A DNA stretch of 64,000 nt, from the NCBI GenBank assembly GCA_017853275.1, contig JAFMJV010000001.1:26286-90285 (forward strand), written 5' to 3'. Within the stretch, counting starts at the first letter, position 1. Each line of letters opens with the position of its first letter. This DNA is from Chloroflexota bacterium (lineage in GTDB: Bacteria > Chloroflexota > Limnocylindria > Limnocylindrales > CSP1-4). Under the pieces are notes generated by a model that saw only the letters and a list, made by a program, of their open reading frames with translations, was not told the DNA's origin and made no database searches. Shown piece by piece: positions 8,186-17,005 of the stretch. A program made the translations under genes and the position numbers.

Positions 8186-11100
8186 ATGGCCGTGCCCTCC
8201 GTTCCCCCTGCCGGCCGCGACGACCGGGAGCTTCCCCCGCTGCCGCCGCGCCCCCCGGCCTGGCGCCGTGCCCTCGTCCATCTCCGCCGCTACGGGACGG
8301 GTCCCACCCTCCGGCGGATCCGCGCCGAGCTCCTCCTCCGGCTCGCCGAGAGTCGCGCTCCGCGCTTCCTCCGTGCGCCCGTGGACCGGATGGCGGACCG
8401 GATCCTCCTCGCCGTCGACCGGCCCGCGCCCGGGGAGCTCGGGGTCGCCGGTGGGATCGTCGTCGAGGGCTGGGCGCTCTCCACGGTCCCGATCGTCTCG
8501 GTCGACCTCCACCTCGACGGACGGCCCCTTGTGGCTGCCGAGCTGGGCTTCCCGCGCACGGACGTGGAGGGCGCCCATCCCCGCCTCCCCGGTGCTGCGA
8601 CCGCCGGCTTCCGCGCCGAGGTCCGGGGGGAGCGGATCCTCCCCGGCGAGCACCACCTCCTCGTCGCCGTCCACGACACCGGCGGGGGGACCCGGACCGT
8701 GGAGCGGACGATCGAGCTCGTCGATCCCGCCGCGGGGTGGCACCGCTGGCGTGCGCGCCTCGAGGGGCCGGATGCGCCGCCCGTCCCCGATGAGGCGGGC
8801 GAGGCCATCACGCTCGAGATCCTGCGTGCGGCAGCCGGCGGGCTCGCCACGACGCTCCGCTCGCTCGCGCCGGCCGACCCTGGTGGTCGCGTCCGCGAGA
8901 TCCTTCTCCACCTCCCGCCTGGCGCGGACGCCGCGGTCGTCGCGCAGGCCCGGGCGCTCCTCGCGGAGGGAGGAGGACCGCCGCGCCGGGTCGTGGAGGC
9001 GGCCGATCCCGGCGCCCTGCCGGATGGCGGCCTGCGCGCGTGGGTCGCTGCCGGCGAGTCCCTCGCACCGGGCGCCGTGCCGGCCCTCCTGCACGCGATG
9101 GGGGAGGGGCGCGATCTCGTCACCGCGGATCGGGACCGGGTCCACGCCACCGGCCGCCATGCCGATCCGATCCTTGCCCCGGCCTGGTCCCCCGAGCATC
9201 TCCTGGGGCGCGACCTCTACGGCGGCGTCATCCTCGCCCGGGACGGAGGACGCCTCCGGGCGGCGCTGGCGGCCGCCGGCGATCCCTCCCGGCCGGCCTG
9301 GCGCTACGCCCTCCTCCTTGCGCTCGCGGACGCGCCGATCGAGACCGTCCACCTCTCCCGTCCGCTCCTCAGCGCGCCCGCCCCGGACGCGGATGCCGAG
9401 GACCGTTGGGCGGACGAGGCGTCGGCTGTCCGCGCGGCGCTCGCCCGGCGGGGCCGTCCGGCGGAGGTCGTGCCCGGTCCGCTGCCCGGGACGCGCCGGA
9501 TCGTCGACCCGCTCCCGCGCCGGCCCACCATCTCGATCGTCGTCGCCACCACCGGGCGCCGGTCGCTCGTGGAGCCCCTCCTCGACGGGCTGGAGCGGAC
9601 CCGCTGGCCCGAGCGCGAGCTCCTCCTCATCGATAACGGGCGTGGCCGCGATGACGGCGGGATCGCGCTGGCACGCCGGCGCGGGGTCCGCGTCCTCGAA
9701 CGCGACGAGCCCTTCAACTGGGCGCGCCTGATGAACGCGGGTGCAGCCGCCACCAGTGGGGAGCTCCTCCTCTTCCTCAATGACGACATCGAGGTCGAGG
9801 ACCCCGGCTGGGTCGAGGCGCTCGTCCGCCACGCGCTCCGTCCCGGGGCCGGCATCGTCGGTGCGCTCCTCGTCTACCCCGACGGGAGCGTGCAGCACGC
9901 GGGGATCACCACGACCCCCGAGAGCGGCGGCTTCGGCCACTGGCTCGTGGGCCGGGACCCCCACGACCCTGCGGCGCCCGCCGACCTCGCCGTCACCCGG
10001 GAGGCGCTCGCCGTGACCGGCGCGGTCCTCCTCGTTCCCCGGGCGCTCTTCGACGCGCTGGGCGGCTTCGACGAGACGCTCGCCGTGAGCGGCAACGATG
10101 TCGATCTCTGCCTGCGTGCCCGGGCCCACGGCGCGGAGGTGCTCTGGACGCCGGATGCCCGCCTCGTCCATCGCGAGAGCGCCTCCCGCGGACGGACCCC
10201 CACCCCCGAGGACGACCGGCGCCTGCGGTCCCTGCATCGCGACGTCATCGCCGCCGGCGACCCCTTCCGGAGCCCGTCGCTCACCGTCCACCGCTCCCAC
10301 ACCGACCTCGACTGGGACCGTGTCCGTGACCTCCGCGACCCGCCCCGCGGCGCGCCCGATGCGGGGGTCAACCTCGCGGGCTATCTCCGCGCCGAGATGG
10401 GGATCGGGGAGGCGACGCGCGGGATGGCCGCCGCGCTCCGTGCCGCGCAGATCCCGTTCGTCCTCCTGGAGGCGCGCGTGGGACCGGCCTCCCGCCAGGC
10501 CGAGACGAGCTGGGTCCATGCGATCGCCACGCGGCCGGCCTACGCCACGACGATCCTCCACGTCAACGCGGACACCCTCCCCGCCGTCCTCTCCCAGCTC
10601 CCCGCGGAGGCGACCCGTGGCCGCCATGCGATCGGCGTCTGGGCCTGGGAGCTGGAGACGATCCCGGACGCCTGGCGCGCCGCCTTCCGGCTCGTGGACG
10701 AGCTGTGGGCGCCGTCGGCCTTCGTCCGCGACGCCCTCGCCGCGGTCGCGCCCGTCCCCGTCCACCGGATCCCCCACGCGATCCCGGTCCGCCACGGTCC
10801 CTTCCTCTCCCGCGCGGAGCTCGGCCTGCCCGAGGACCGGGTCCTCTTCCTCATCGCCTACGACCCCTGGAGCGTCACCGACCGCAAGAACCCGGAGGGG
10901 GCGATCCGTGCCTTCTGTGACGCCTTCCCCGCCGGCGACCCGGGGGTCGCGCTCGTCGTCAAGGTGAACAACCCGAGCGAGCCGGACCTGCGCCGGCTGC
11001 GCCGGATCCTCCCTGCGGACCGCGAGGTCATCGTCATCGACCGCACCCTCGACCGGGCTGCCTTCGACTCCCTCCTCCACGCCTGCGATGTCTTCGTCTC

Positions 11101-11464
11101 GCTCCACCGGAGCGAGGGGTTCGGGCTCGTCATCGCGGAGGCGATGGGCCTCGGGCGCCCGGTCATCTCCACGGACTGGTCGGGGAGCCGGGACTTCGTG
11201 CGCCCGGGTGCCGGGATCCCCGTCGGCTACCGGCTCGTCCCCGTGGGGCGGCGGGAAGGACCCTATGACCCCGCGGCGCGCTGGGCGGAGCCGGACCTCG
11301 CGGAAGCCAGCCGCGCGATGCGTGCGCTGGCGGCCGACCCGGAGCTCCGGCGGCGGATCGGCGCTGCGGCGGCCGAGCTCGTGGAGCAGGAGCTCTCCCC
11401 GGAAGCCGTGGGGCTCCGGATCGCCCGGCATCTGCGCCGGGATCGGAACGCGCACACGTCGTGA
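8186..11464 (+). CDS. Multidomain glycosyltransferase (unknown N-terminal region + GT2 + GT4/GT-B)
   Basis: GT2 core: ISIVVATTGRR...LLLIDNG...LLFLNDDIEVEDPGW...GAVLLVPRALFDALGGFDE. C-terminal GT-B with canonical EX7E: SLHRSEGFGLVIAEAMGLGRPVIS. Start ATG 8186 preferred (promoter box); ATG 8120 is the alternative. Confidence 0.88.
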   Translation: MAVPSVPPAGRDDRELPPLPPRPPAWRRALVHLRRYGTGPTLRRIRAELLLRLAESRAPRFLRAPVDRMADRILLAVDRPAPGELGVAGGIVVEGWALSTVPIVSVDLHLDGRPLVAAELGFPRTDVEGAHPRLPGAATAGFRAEVRGERILPGEHHLLVAVHDTGGGTRTVERTIELVDPAAGWHRWRARLEGPDAPPVPDEAGEAITLEILRAAAGGLATTLRSLAPADPGGRVREILLHLPPGADAAVVAQARALLAEGGGPPRRVVEAADPGALPDGGLRAWVAAGESLAPGAVPALLHAMGEGRDLVTADRDRVHATGRHADPILAPAWSPEHLLGRDLYGGVILARDGGRLRAALAAAGDPSRPAWRYALLLALADAPIETVHLSRPLLSAPAPDADAEDRWADEASAVRAALARRGRPAEVVPGPLPGTRRIVDPLPRRPTISIVVATTGRRSLVEPLLDGLERTRWPERELLLIDNGRGRDDGGIALARRRGVRVLERDEPFNWARLMNAGAAATSGELLLFLNDDIEVEDPGWVEALVRHALRPGAGIVGALLVYPDGSVQHAGITTTPESGGFGHWLVGRDPHDPAAPADLAVTREALAVTGAVLLVPRALFDALGGFDETLAVSGNDVDLCLRARAHGAEVLWTPDARLVHRESASRGRTPTPEDDRRLRSLHRDVIAAGDPFRSPSLTVHRSHTDLDWDRVRDLRDPPRGAPDAGVNLAGYLRAEMGIGEATRGMAAALRAAQIPFVLLEARVGPASRQAETSWVHAIATRPAYATTILHVNADTLPAVLSQLPAEATRGRHAIGVWAWELETIPDAWRAAFRLVDELWAPSAFVRDALAAVAPVPVHRIPHAIPVRHGPFLSRAELGLPEDRVLFLIAYDPWSVTDRKNPEGAIRAFCDAFPAGDPGVALVVKVNNPSEPDLRRLRRILPADREVIVIDRTLDRAAFDSLLHACDVFVSLHRSEGFGLVIAEAMGLGRPVISTDWSGSRDFVRPGAGIPVGYRLVPVGRREGPYDPAARWAEPDLAEASRAMRALAADPELRRRIGAAAAELVEQELSPEAVGLRIARHLRRDRNAHTS

Positions 11465-11546
11465 TCCGTCGGCGGGCTACCATCGCGGAGATCGTCGCGG
11501 GCCGCCGCCGTAGGCCCGCCCGGTCTCAGCGGAGCGATCCTGCCCT

Positions 11547-13043
11547 GTGACGTCCCCCTCGGGTCCCCGGCCATCCCTCCGTGACCCCCGCCGCCTCTCC
11601 GCCGCGCTCCGGATCCGGATCCGCCGGGAGCTGGACCGCCGGGCGATCCTGCGCAGCGGCTTCTTCGACGCGGCGTGGTACCTCGACCGCTATCCGGACG
11701 TGGCCCGCTCCGGGACGGACCCCGCCCTCCATTACCTCCTCCACGGTGGCCGCGAGCGGCGCGACCCCGGGCCCCGCTTCTCCAGCGCGCGCTACCTCTC
11801 CCTCTACGAGGATGTGGCTCGCGCCGGGCTGAACCCGCTCCTCCACTACCTCCGCCACGGCAAGGCGGAAGGGCGGACGGAGGCGATCGTTCCCGAGGGC
11901 CGGACGGAGATCCCCGTCGATCTCGATGCGTGGTTCCCCCGGCTCGCCCCGATCCGGCTCCGCGCCCTGCCGGGTGCCGGGCCGCGGGTCTCGGTCGTCG
12001 TGGACAGCGTCGGCCCGGAGAGCCTCTTCGGCGGGGTCGCCACCGCGATCGTCATCGGCGCGATGATCGCCGCCCGCCGCGGTGCTGCGCTGCGCGTCGT
12101 CACCCGGGACGATGCCGCGGACCGGTCGGTCGTGGCGCGCGTCCTTGCCCGCAACGGGATCCCGATCCCCGCGCGCCTCGAGACGGATCGTGCCGCGGTC
12201 GGTCGTGGCGGATCGGTGATCGGTGACGGGCCGGACGAGCTGTGGCTGACGACCCTCTGGACCACGACCGCCGCCGTCCTCGAGTCGGTCCCGCCCGAGC
12301 GGGTGATCTGGCTGCTCCAGGACGACGAGCGGATCTTCTACCCGGCCGGTGACGAGCGGCAGCGCTGCGCGGAGACGATGGCCACCGAGGGGATCCGGAT
12401 CCTCGTCAACACCGCGCTCCTGCGCGACCACCTCGTCGCGGAGGGGTTCCGGAACGTGGAGCGCTCCGGGGTCGCCTTCGAGCCCGCCTTCCCCGCCCTC
12501 CTTCCCCATCGGCCGCGGGCAGCGGGAGCCCCGCGCCGGCTCCTCTTCCACGCACGGCCCACCCACCCGCGGAACCTCTATCACCGGGGGGTCGAGCTCC
12601 TCGACGCCGCGCTCGCGGACGGGATCCTCGATCCCGCGGGCTGGGAGATCGCCTTCGTGGGGACCGCGGACCGGCCGCTCCGCTTCGCCCGCGGCGTCCG
12701 GTCCGAGGTCCTCGGTGTCCTCTCCTTCGACCGCTACCTCGAGCGTGTCGCCGCGACCGACCTCGGCCTCGCGCTCATGGCCTCGCCGCATCCCAGCTAC
12801 CCGCCCCTCGACCTTGCCGGATCCGGGGCCGTCGTCGTCACCACCCGGGATGGCCGGAAGCAGGATCTCTCCGCCTACTCGCCGCGGATCCTGTGCGCGG
12901 AGCCCACGCTCCCCGGCCTTCTCGCGGCGCTCGCCGAAGCGGTCGCGATCGCCGGGACGGAGGTCGCCGACCCGGCCCCGGGGATCGCCCGCTCGTGGGA
13001 GGCGTCCGCCGGTCCGGCGATCGACCGGATCCTCGGCGGCTGA
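11547..13043 (+). CDS. Glycosyltransferase, WsaF-like (tentative), with two N-terminal WY-PDV-EGR repeats
   Basis: Repeats FFDAAWYLDRYPDVARSGTDPALHYLLHGGRERRDP and FSSARYLSLYEDVARAGLNPLLHYLRHGKAEGR. Then RVSVVVDSVGPESLFGGVATAI, resembling the WsaF-type rhamnosyltransferase N-terminus (recalled from memory). GTG start. Confidence 0.7.
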   Translation: MTSPSGPRPSLRDPRRLSAALRIRIRRELDRRAILRSGFFDAAWYLDRYPDVARSGTDPALHYLLHGGRERRDPGPRFSSARYLSLYEDVARAGLNPLLHYLRHGKAEGRTEAIVPEGRTEIPVDLDAWFPRLAPIRLRALPGAGPRVSVVVDSVGPESLFGGVATAIVIGAMIAARRGAALRVVTRDDAADRSVVARVLARNGIPIPARLETDRAAVGRGGSVIGDGPDELWLTTLWTTTAAVLESVPPERVIWLLQDDERIFYPAGDERQRCAETMATEGIRILVNTALLRDHLVAEGFRNVERSGVAFEPAFPALLPHRPRAAGAPRRLLFHARPTHPRNLYHRGVELLDAALADGILDPAGWEIAFVGTADRPLRFARGVRSEVLGVLSFDRYLERVAATDLGLALMASPHPSYPPLDLAGSGAVVVTTRDGRKQDLSAYSPRILCAEPTLPGLLAALAEAVAIAGTEVADPAPGIARSWEASAGPAIDRILGG

Positions 13044-13046
13044 GCG

Positions 13047-14222
13047 GTGCACCTCGTCGACCGTGCACCGGTCGGATACCGGGACCCGTGGCTCCTCCCG
13101 CTCGAGGAGCGGATCGACCGCCTCCGCGCGCGGCCGCACCGGATCGCCTGGCTCATGGAGGCGCCGGACTGGGGGACCTTCCGCTACCGCGCCTGGAATA
13201 TGGCGGAGCTCCTCGCCGAGCGGCATCCCGAGGTCGGCACGGCGTGGTTCTACGGGGACGAGATCGAGCGCCTTGCGTCGCTGGCGCCGCTCCTCCGGAC
13301 CCTGGTCATCGTGCGCTCCCGATACACGTGGGCGATCGACGATCTCGTCTCCCGGGTCCACCGCCACGGAGGCGAGGTGGTCTTCGATATCGACGACCTC
13401 ATCCTCGACCCCGCCCTGATCCCGGTCTTCCTGCGTACGACGGGCTACGGATGGGACGACGAGGCCGCCTGGACCCACTGGTTCGGCTACGCCGCCCGGA
13501 TGCAGGCGACCTTCCGGCTGGCGGACCGCGCGATCGCCTCCACCGAGCCGCTCGCCGCCGAGATGGCGCGGATCCACCCGGTCCGCGTCGACCACCTCCC
13601 GAACCACCTCGATCCGCCCCAGCTCGCGATCTCCGAGCGCGTCTGGCGCGAGAAGGAGTCCGCGCGCTTCGCGGGCGACGGCGCGATCCATCTCGGCTAC
13701 TTCAGCGGGACCCGGTCGCACGATCGCGACCTCGTCCTCGCCACGGACGCCCTCGCCCGTCTCTTCGACGAGATGGACGACCTGCGCCTTCTCCTCGTGG
13801 GGGACGTGGAGCCCACGGGGCCGATCCTCCGGCACGCGGGCCGGATCGTGCGCGTCCCGCGCACGGACTTCGTCCATCTGCAGGCGTGGATGGGGGCCGT
13901 GGAGCTGAACCTCGTGCCGCTCCAGGAGGACCGCTTCACCGTGTGCAAGTCGCCGCTCAAGGTCTTCGAGGCGGGAGCGGTGGGGACACCCTCGATCGCG
14001 TCACCGGGCTCCACGGCCGCAGCCGAGGTCGTCCGTTCCGGCGCGGGGTGGATCGCCCACAGCGAGGATTGGGAGCCGGCGCTCCGCGCGGCCGTCGCCG
14101 TTGCGCGGGACCGGGAGGGAGCGTACGCGGCGATCGCCCGCCGGGCCCGCGAGGCCACGCTCGCCGCGTGGTCCCCCGACGCGATCGGGCCGCTCGCGGA
14201 CCGGATCTACCTCGGCGGCTGA
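13047..14222 (+). CDS. Glycosyltransferase, GT-B fold (family 1-like)
   Basis: C-terminal LNLVPLQEDRFTVCKSPLKVFEAGAVGTPSIASP nucleotide-sugar-binding-type segment. GTG start 3 nt after the upstream stop. Confidence 0.7.
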   Translation: MHLVDRAPVGYRDPWLLPLEERIDRLRARPHRIAWLMEAPDWGTFRYRAWNMAELLAERHPEVGTAWFYGDEIERLASLAPLLRTLVIVRSRYTWAIDDLVSRVHRHGGEVVFDIDDLILDPALIPVFLRTTGYGWDDEAAWTHWFGYAARMQATFRLADRAIASTEPLAAEMARIHPVRVDHLPNHLDPPQLAISERVWREKESARFAGDGAIHLGYFSGTRSHDRDLVLATDALARLFDEMDDLRLLLVGDVEPTGPILRHAGRIVRVPRTDFVHLQAWMGAVELNLVPLQEDRFTVCKSPLKVFEAGAVGTPSIASPGSTAAAEVVRSGAGWIAHSEDWEPALRAAVAVARDREGAYAAIARRAREATLAAWSPDAIGPLADRIYLGG

Positions 14223-15022
14223 ACGGCCCCGGCCGCGCCGGCCGGGGAAGCGGGCACGGCCGCCTTCCCGATCCGGCCCCGGTACCAGGCGAGCGCTTCG
14301 GCGGCGTCGCCGGCGTGGACGAGCCGGCCCTCCTCCAGGACGATCGCGCGGTCGCACAGCGCGGTCACCGTCTCGCCCGAGTGGCTCACGAAGATGACCG
14401 TCCGCCCCTCGCGCACGACCGACCGGATCCGCTCCTGGCAGCGATCCCGGAAGGCCTCGTCGCCCACGGAGAGGATCTCGTCCAGGAGCATGATCTCGGT
14501 CGCCAGGTGGATCGAGACGGAGAAGGCGAGCCGGGCGTACATCCCGCTCGAGTAGTGCTTCATCGGGGTGTCCAGGAAGCGCCCCACCTCCGCGAACTCG
14601 ATGATCGGCCCGGTGAGCGCCGCCACGTCCGCGCGTGCCATGCCGAGGAGGGCGCCCGCGAGGGCGATATTGTCCCGGCCGCTCAGCTCCGGGTGGAAGC
14701 CGGTCCCGAGGGAGAGGAGGGAGCCGACCCGTCCGCGGGTCTCCGCCCGTCCCTCCGTGGGCGCGGTGACCCGCGCGAGGATGCGCAGGAGGGTCGACTT
14801 CCCGGACCCGTTCCGCCCGAGGACCCCGAGGACCTCCCCGCGCCGCACATCGAAGCTCACGTCGCGGAGCGCCCAGACGCTCGGGTGCGCATCGCCCTCC
14901 GGGACGCGGTGGCTCCCGAGGAGGCGCCCCATCCGGTCGTAGAGGCCGCCGCCGGTGGGGGTCGCCCCGATCGCGTAGCGCTTGCCGAGCCCCTCGACCC
15001 GGATGACGACCGGCTCCTCCAT
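14207..15022 (-). CDS. wzt: Polysaccharide ABC exporter ATP-binding protein (Wzt/TagH type, no C-terminal carbohydrate-binding domain)
   Basis: Walker A GRNGSGKST, signature YSSGM, Walker B MLLDEILSVGD. ATG at 15022, 2 nt after the wzm stop. Only the last 271 codons of the 1155-aa track ORF are credible. Confidence 0.92.
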   Translation of the reverse strand: MEEPVVIRVEGLGKRYAIGATPTGGGLYDRMGRLLGSHRVPEGDAHPSVWALRDVSFDVRRGEVLGVLGRNGSGKSTLLRILARVTAPTEGRAETRGRVGSLLSLGTGFHPELSGRDNIALAGALLGMARADVAALTGPIIEFAEVGRFLDTPMKHYSSGMYARLAFSVSIHLATEIMLLDEILSVGDEAFRDRCQERIRSVVREGRTVIFVSHSGETVTALCDRAIVLEEGRLVHAGDAAEALAWYRGRIGKAAVPASPAGAAGAVQPPR

Positions 15023-15024
15023 CC

Positions 15025-15864
15025 TCAGACGACGTCCACGAAGGACGGCTCGCGGAGCCGGAAGAAGGCATAGCCGGAGACGAGGACGGCGAGCGCGACG
15101 AGCCCGCCCACCGCGATCTCCGCGATCTCCGGGGGTGCCCCGCCGAAGATCGCCCACCGGAAGCCACCCACGGCCGCGACGAGCGGGTTGAGGGCGTAGA
15201 CGAGCCGCAGCTCCGCGGGGATGAGCGAGGCGGGGTAGACGATCGGCGAGGTGAAGAGCCAGACCTGGAGGAGGAAGGGGAGGAGGTGCCCGACGTCGCG
15301 CCAGGCCGCGTTGAGGGCGGAGGTCCAGAGCGCGATCCCGAGGGCGGCCACGAGCGCGAGGCCGAGGAAGAGCGGGGCGAGAAGGACGGTGGGGGTGAGG
15401 GGGATCCCGTAGACCACGAGGAAGCCCACGAGGACGAGCGCGCCGATCGCGAGGTCCACGAGGCTCCCGATCATCGCCGCCGCCGGGCAGTAGACACGTG
15501 GGAACCAGACCTGCCGGATGAGGCCCGATTCGGCGATCAGGCTCGTCGTCCCCTCGGCGACCGTCTTGGCGACCGCCCCCCAGAGGAGGAGCCCCGCGTA
15601 GATGAAGACCGGGTAGGGCGTCCCATCCGACCGGACGCCGGCGATGACGGAGAGGAAGGTCGTGAAGACGACCATCATGAGGAGCGGCTGAAGGACCGCC
15701 CAGAGCGCGCCCACGAGGGTCTGCCGGTAGCGCACCCGGAGCGAGCGGCGCGCCAGGACGAGGCAGGTGCTCCGGAGGCGCCACGCCTCGGCGAGCCCCC
15801 ACCCGGGCCAGCCGCCCGGCGGGATGATCGCGACGGCCGGCGGCAGGTCGGTACGCAGGCTCAC
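15025..15864 (-). CDS. wzm: Polysaccharide ABC-2 exporter permease (Wzm type)
   Basis: LRVRYRQTLVGALWAVLQPLL ABC-2 motif and six hydrophobic helices. Immediately upstream of wzt. Confidence 0.9.
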   Translation of the reverse strand: MSLRTDLPPAVAIIPPGGWPGWGLAEAWRLRSTCLVLARRSLRVRYRQTLVGALWAVLQPLLMMVVFTTFLSVIAGVRSDGTPYPVFIYAGLLLWGAVAKTVAEGTTSLIAESGLIRQVWFPRVYCPAAAMIGSLVDLAIGALVLVGFLVVYGIPLTPTVLLAPLFLGLALVAALGIALWTSALNAAWRDVGHLLPFLLQVWLFTSPIVYPASLIPAELRLVYALNPLVAAVGGFRWAIFGGAPPEIAEIAVGGLVALAVLVSGYAFFRLREPSFVDVV

Positions 15865-15964
15865 GACCGGCGCAGCGGCGGAGCGGGGAGGAGGGACAAC
15901 GGCACCAACGGACGATAGGAGCGCCCCGTCCCCCCGTCAAACGCCTGCCGTCGCACCCCGTGGC

Positions 15965-15970
15965 TAGACT
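15965..15970 (+). promoter_or_regulatory. -10-like box TAGACT (GCTAGACT), 6 nt before GTG 15977: leaderless-type promoter
   Basis: gGCTAGACTcggcgaGTG in the wzm/GT2 divergent intergenic region. Confidence 0.4.
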
Positions 15971-15976
15971 CGGCGA

Positions 15977-17005
15977 GTGTCCGAGCTCCCCCTTCCCGAG
16001 GTCACCGTCACCCTCGTCGTCCACGACGGAGCGGCCTGGCTCCCCGGCTGTCTCGCCTCCGTCCTCCGCCAGGAGGAGGTGCACCTGGAGCTCCTCATCC
16101 TCGATTCCGGCTCCTCGGACGACTCCGTGGCGCTCCTCCGGGCCGCAGCGGCAGCGGACCCGCGGATCCGCGTCATCGTCGCGGGGGAGAACGTGGGCTA
16201 TGCGCGGGGCCAGGACCGGCTGATCGGGGAGGCGCGCGGCGCTGCCATCCTCCTCCTCAACCAGGACGTGGAGCTCGATCCGCGCTTCCTCGTCCATGCC
16301 TGCGCCGCGCTCGCGGCCGACCCGGAGATCGGCTCCGTCCAGGGGCGGATCCGCCATCTCGCCGGGCCGGGCCGGCGCGAGGATCTCCTCGACACGACGG
16401 GGCTCGTCCTCCACCGCGACCGGCGCGTCACGAGCCGGGCGCAGGGGATGGCGGACGGCCCCGCGCACGCCGTGCCGGGCGAGGTCTGGGGGGCGGACGG
16501 CCCCGCGCCCGTCCACCGCCGCGCGGCGCTTCTTGCGGCGCGTCTCCCCGGGCGCGATGGGCCGGAGGTCCTGGACGGCGACTTCTTCATGTACAAGGAG
16601 GATGTCGACCTTGCCTGGCGCCTCCGCCGGCTCGGATGGCGGACCGCCTACCTCCCGGATGCCATCGCGTGGCATGGCAGGAGCGCGCCGGGGCCCGCCG
16701 GGACCGGTGCGCTCGCCGCGGTCCGGGCCCTGCGCAGCGCGCCGCCCTGGATCCGTGCCCTTTCGTGGCGGAACCAGCGGCTGATGCAGGTGAAGAACGA
16801 CCCGCTCCCCGCCGTTCTGCGCGACCTGCCCTGGATCGCGTGGCGCGAGCTCGCCTCGCTCGCCCTCCTCCTGGTGGCGGACCCACGCCGCCTCGCGATC
16901 CTCCCCTCGTTCCTCCGGCTTCTCCCCGGCGCGCTGCGCAAGCGGCGCGCCCTCGCCCGGCTCGCCGCCGCCGGGCCGAGGCCTCAGGCGGACCCGCGAC
17001 CCTGA
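15977..17005 (+). CDS. Glycosyltransferase family 2 (rhamnosyltransferase-like)
   Basis: VTLVVHDGAAWL, LDSGSSDDS, NVGYARG, LLNQDVEL, FFMYKEDVDLAWRLRRLGW. Confidence 0.88.
   Translation: MSELPLPEVTVTLVVHDGAAWLPGCLASVLRQEEVHLELLILDSGSSDDSVALLRAAAAADPRIRVIVAGENVGYARGQDRLIGEARGAAILLLNQDVELDPRFLVHACAALAADPEIGSVQGRIRHLAGPGRREDLLDTTGLVLHRDRRVTSRAQGMADGPAHAVPGEVWGADGPAPVHRRAALLAARLPGRDGPEVLDGDFFMYKEDVDLAWRLRRLGWRTAYLPDAIAWHGRSAPGPAGTGALAAVRALRSAPPWIRALSWRNQRLMQVKNDPLPAVLRDLPWIAWRELASLALLLVADPRRLAILPSFLRLLPGALRKRRALARLAAAGPRPQADPRP

Noticed and set aside
8096-11455. 1119-aa ORF on the minus strand, antisense to the large glycosyltransferase
   Set aside because: Typical high-GC shadow ORF: Arg/Gly/Pro/Asp-rich with no motifs. 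It is codon-aligned antisense to a gene with clear GT2 and GT4 signatures.
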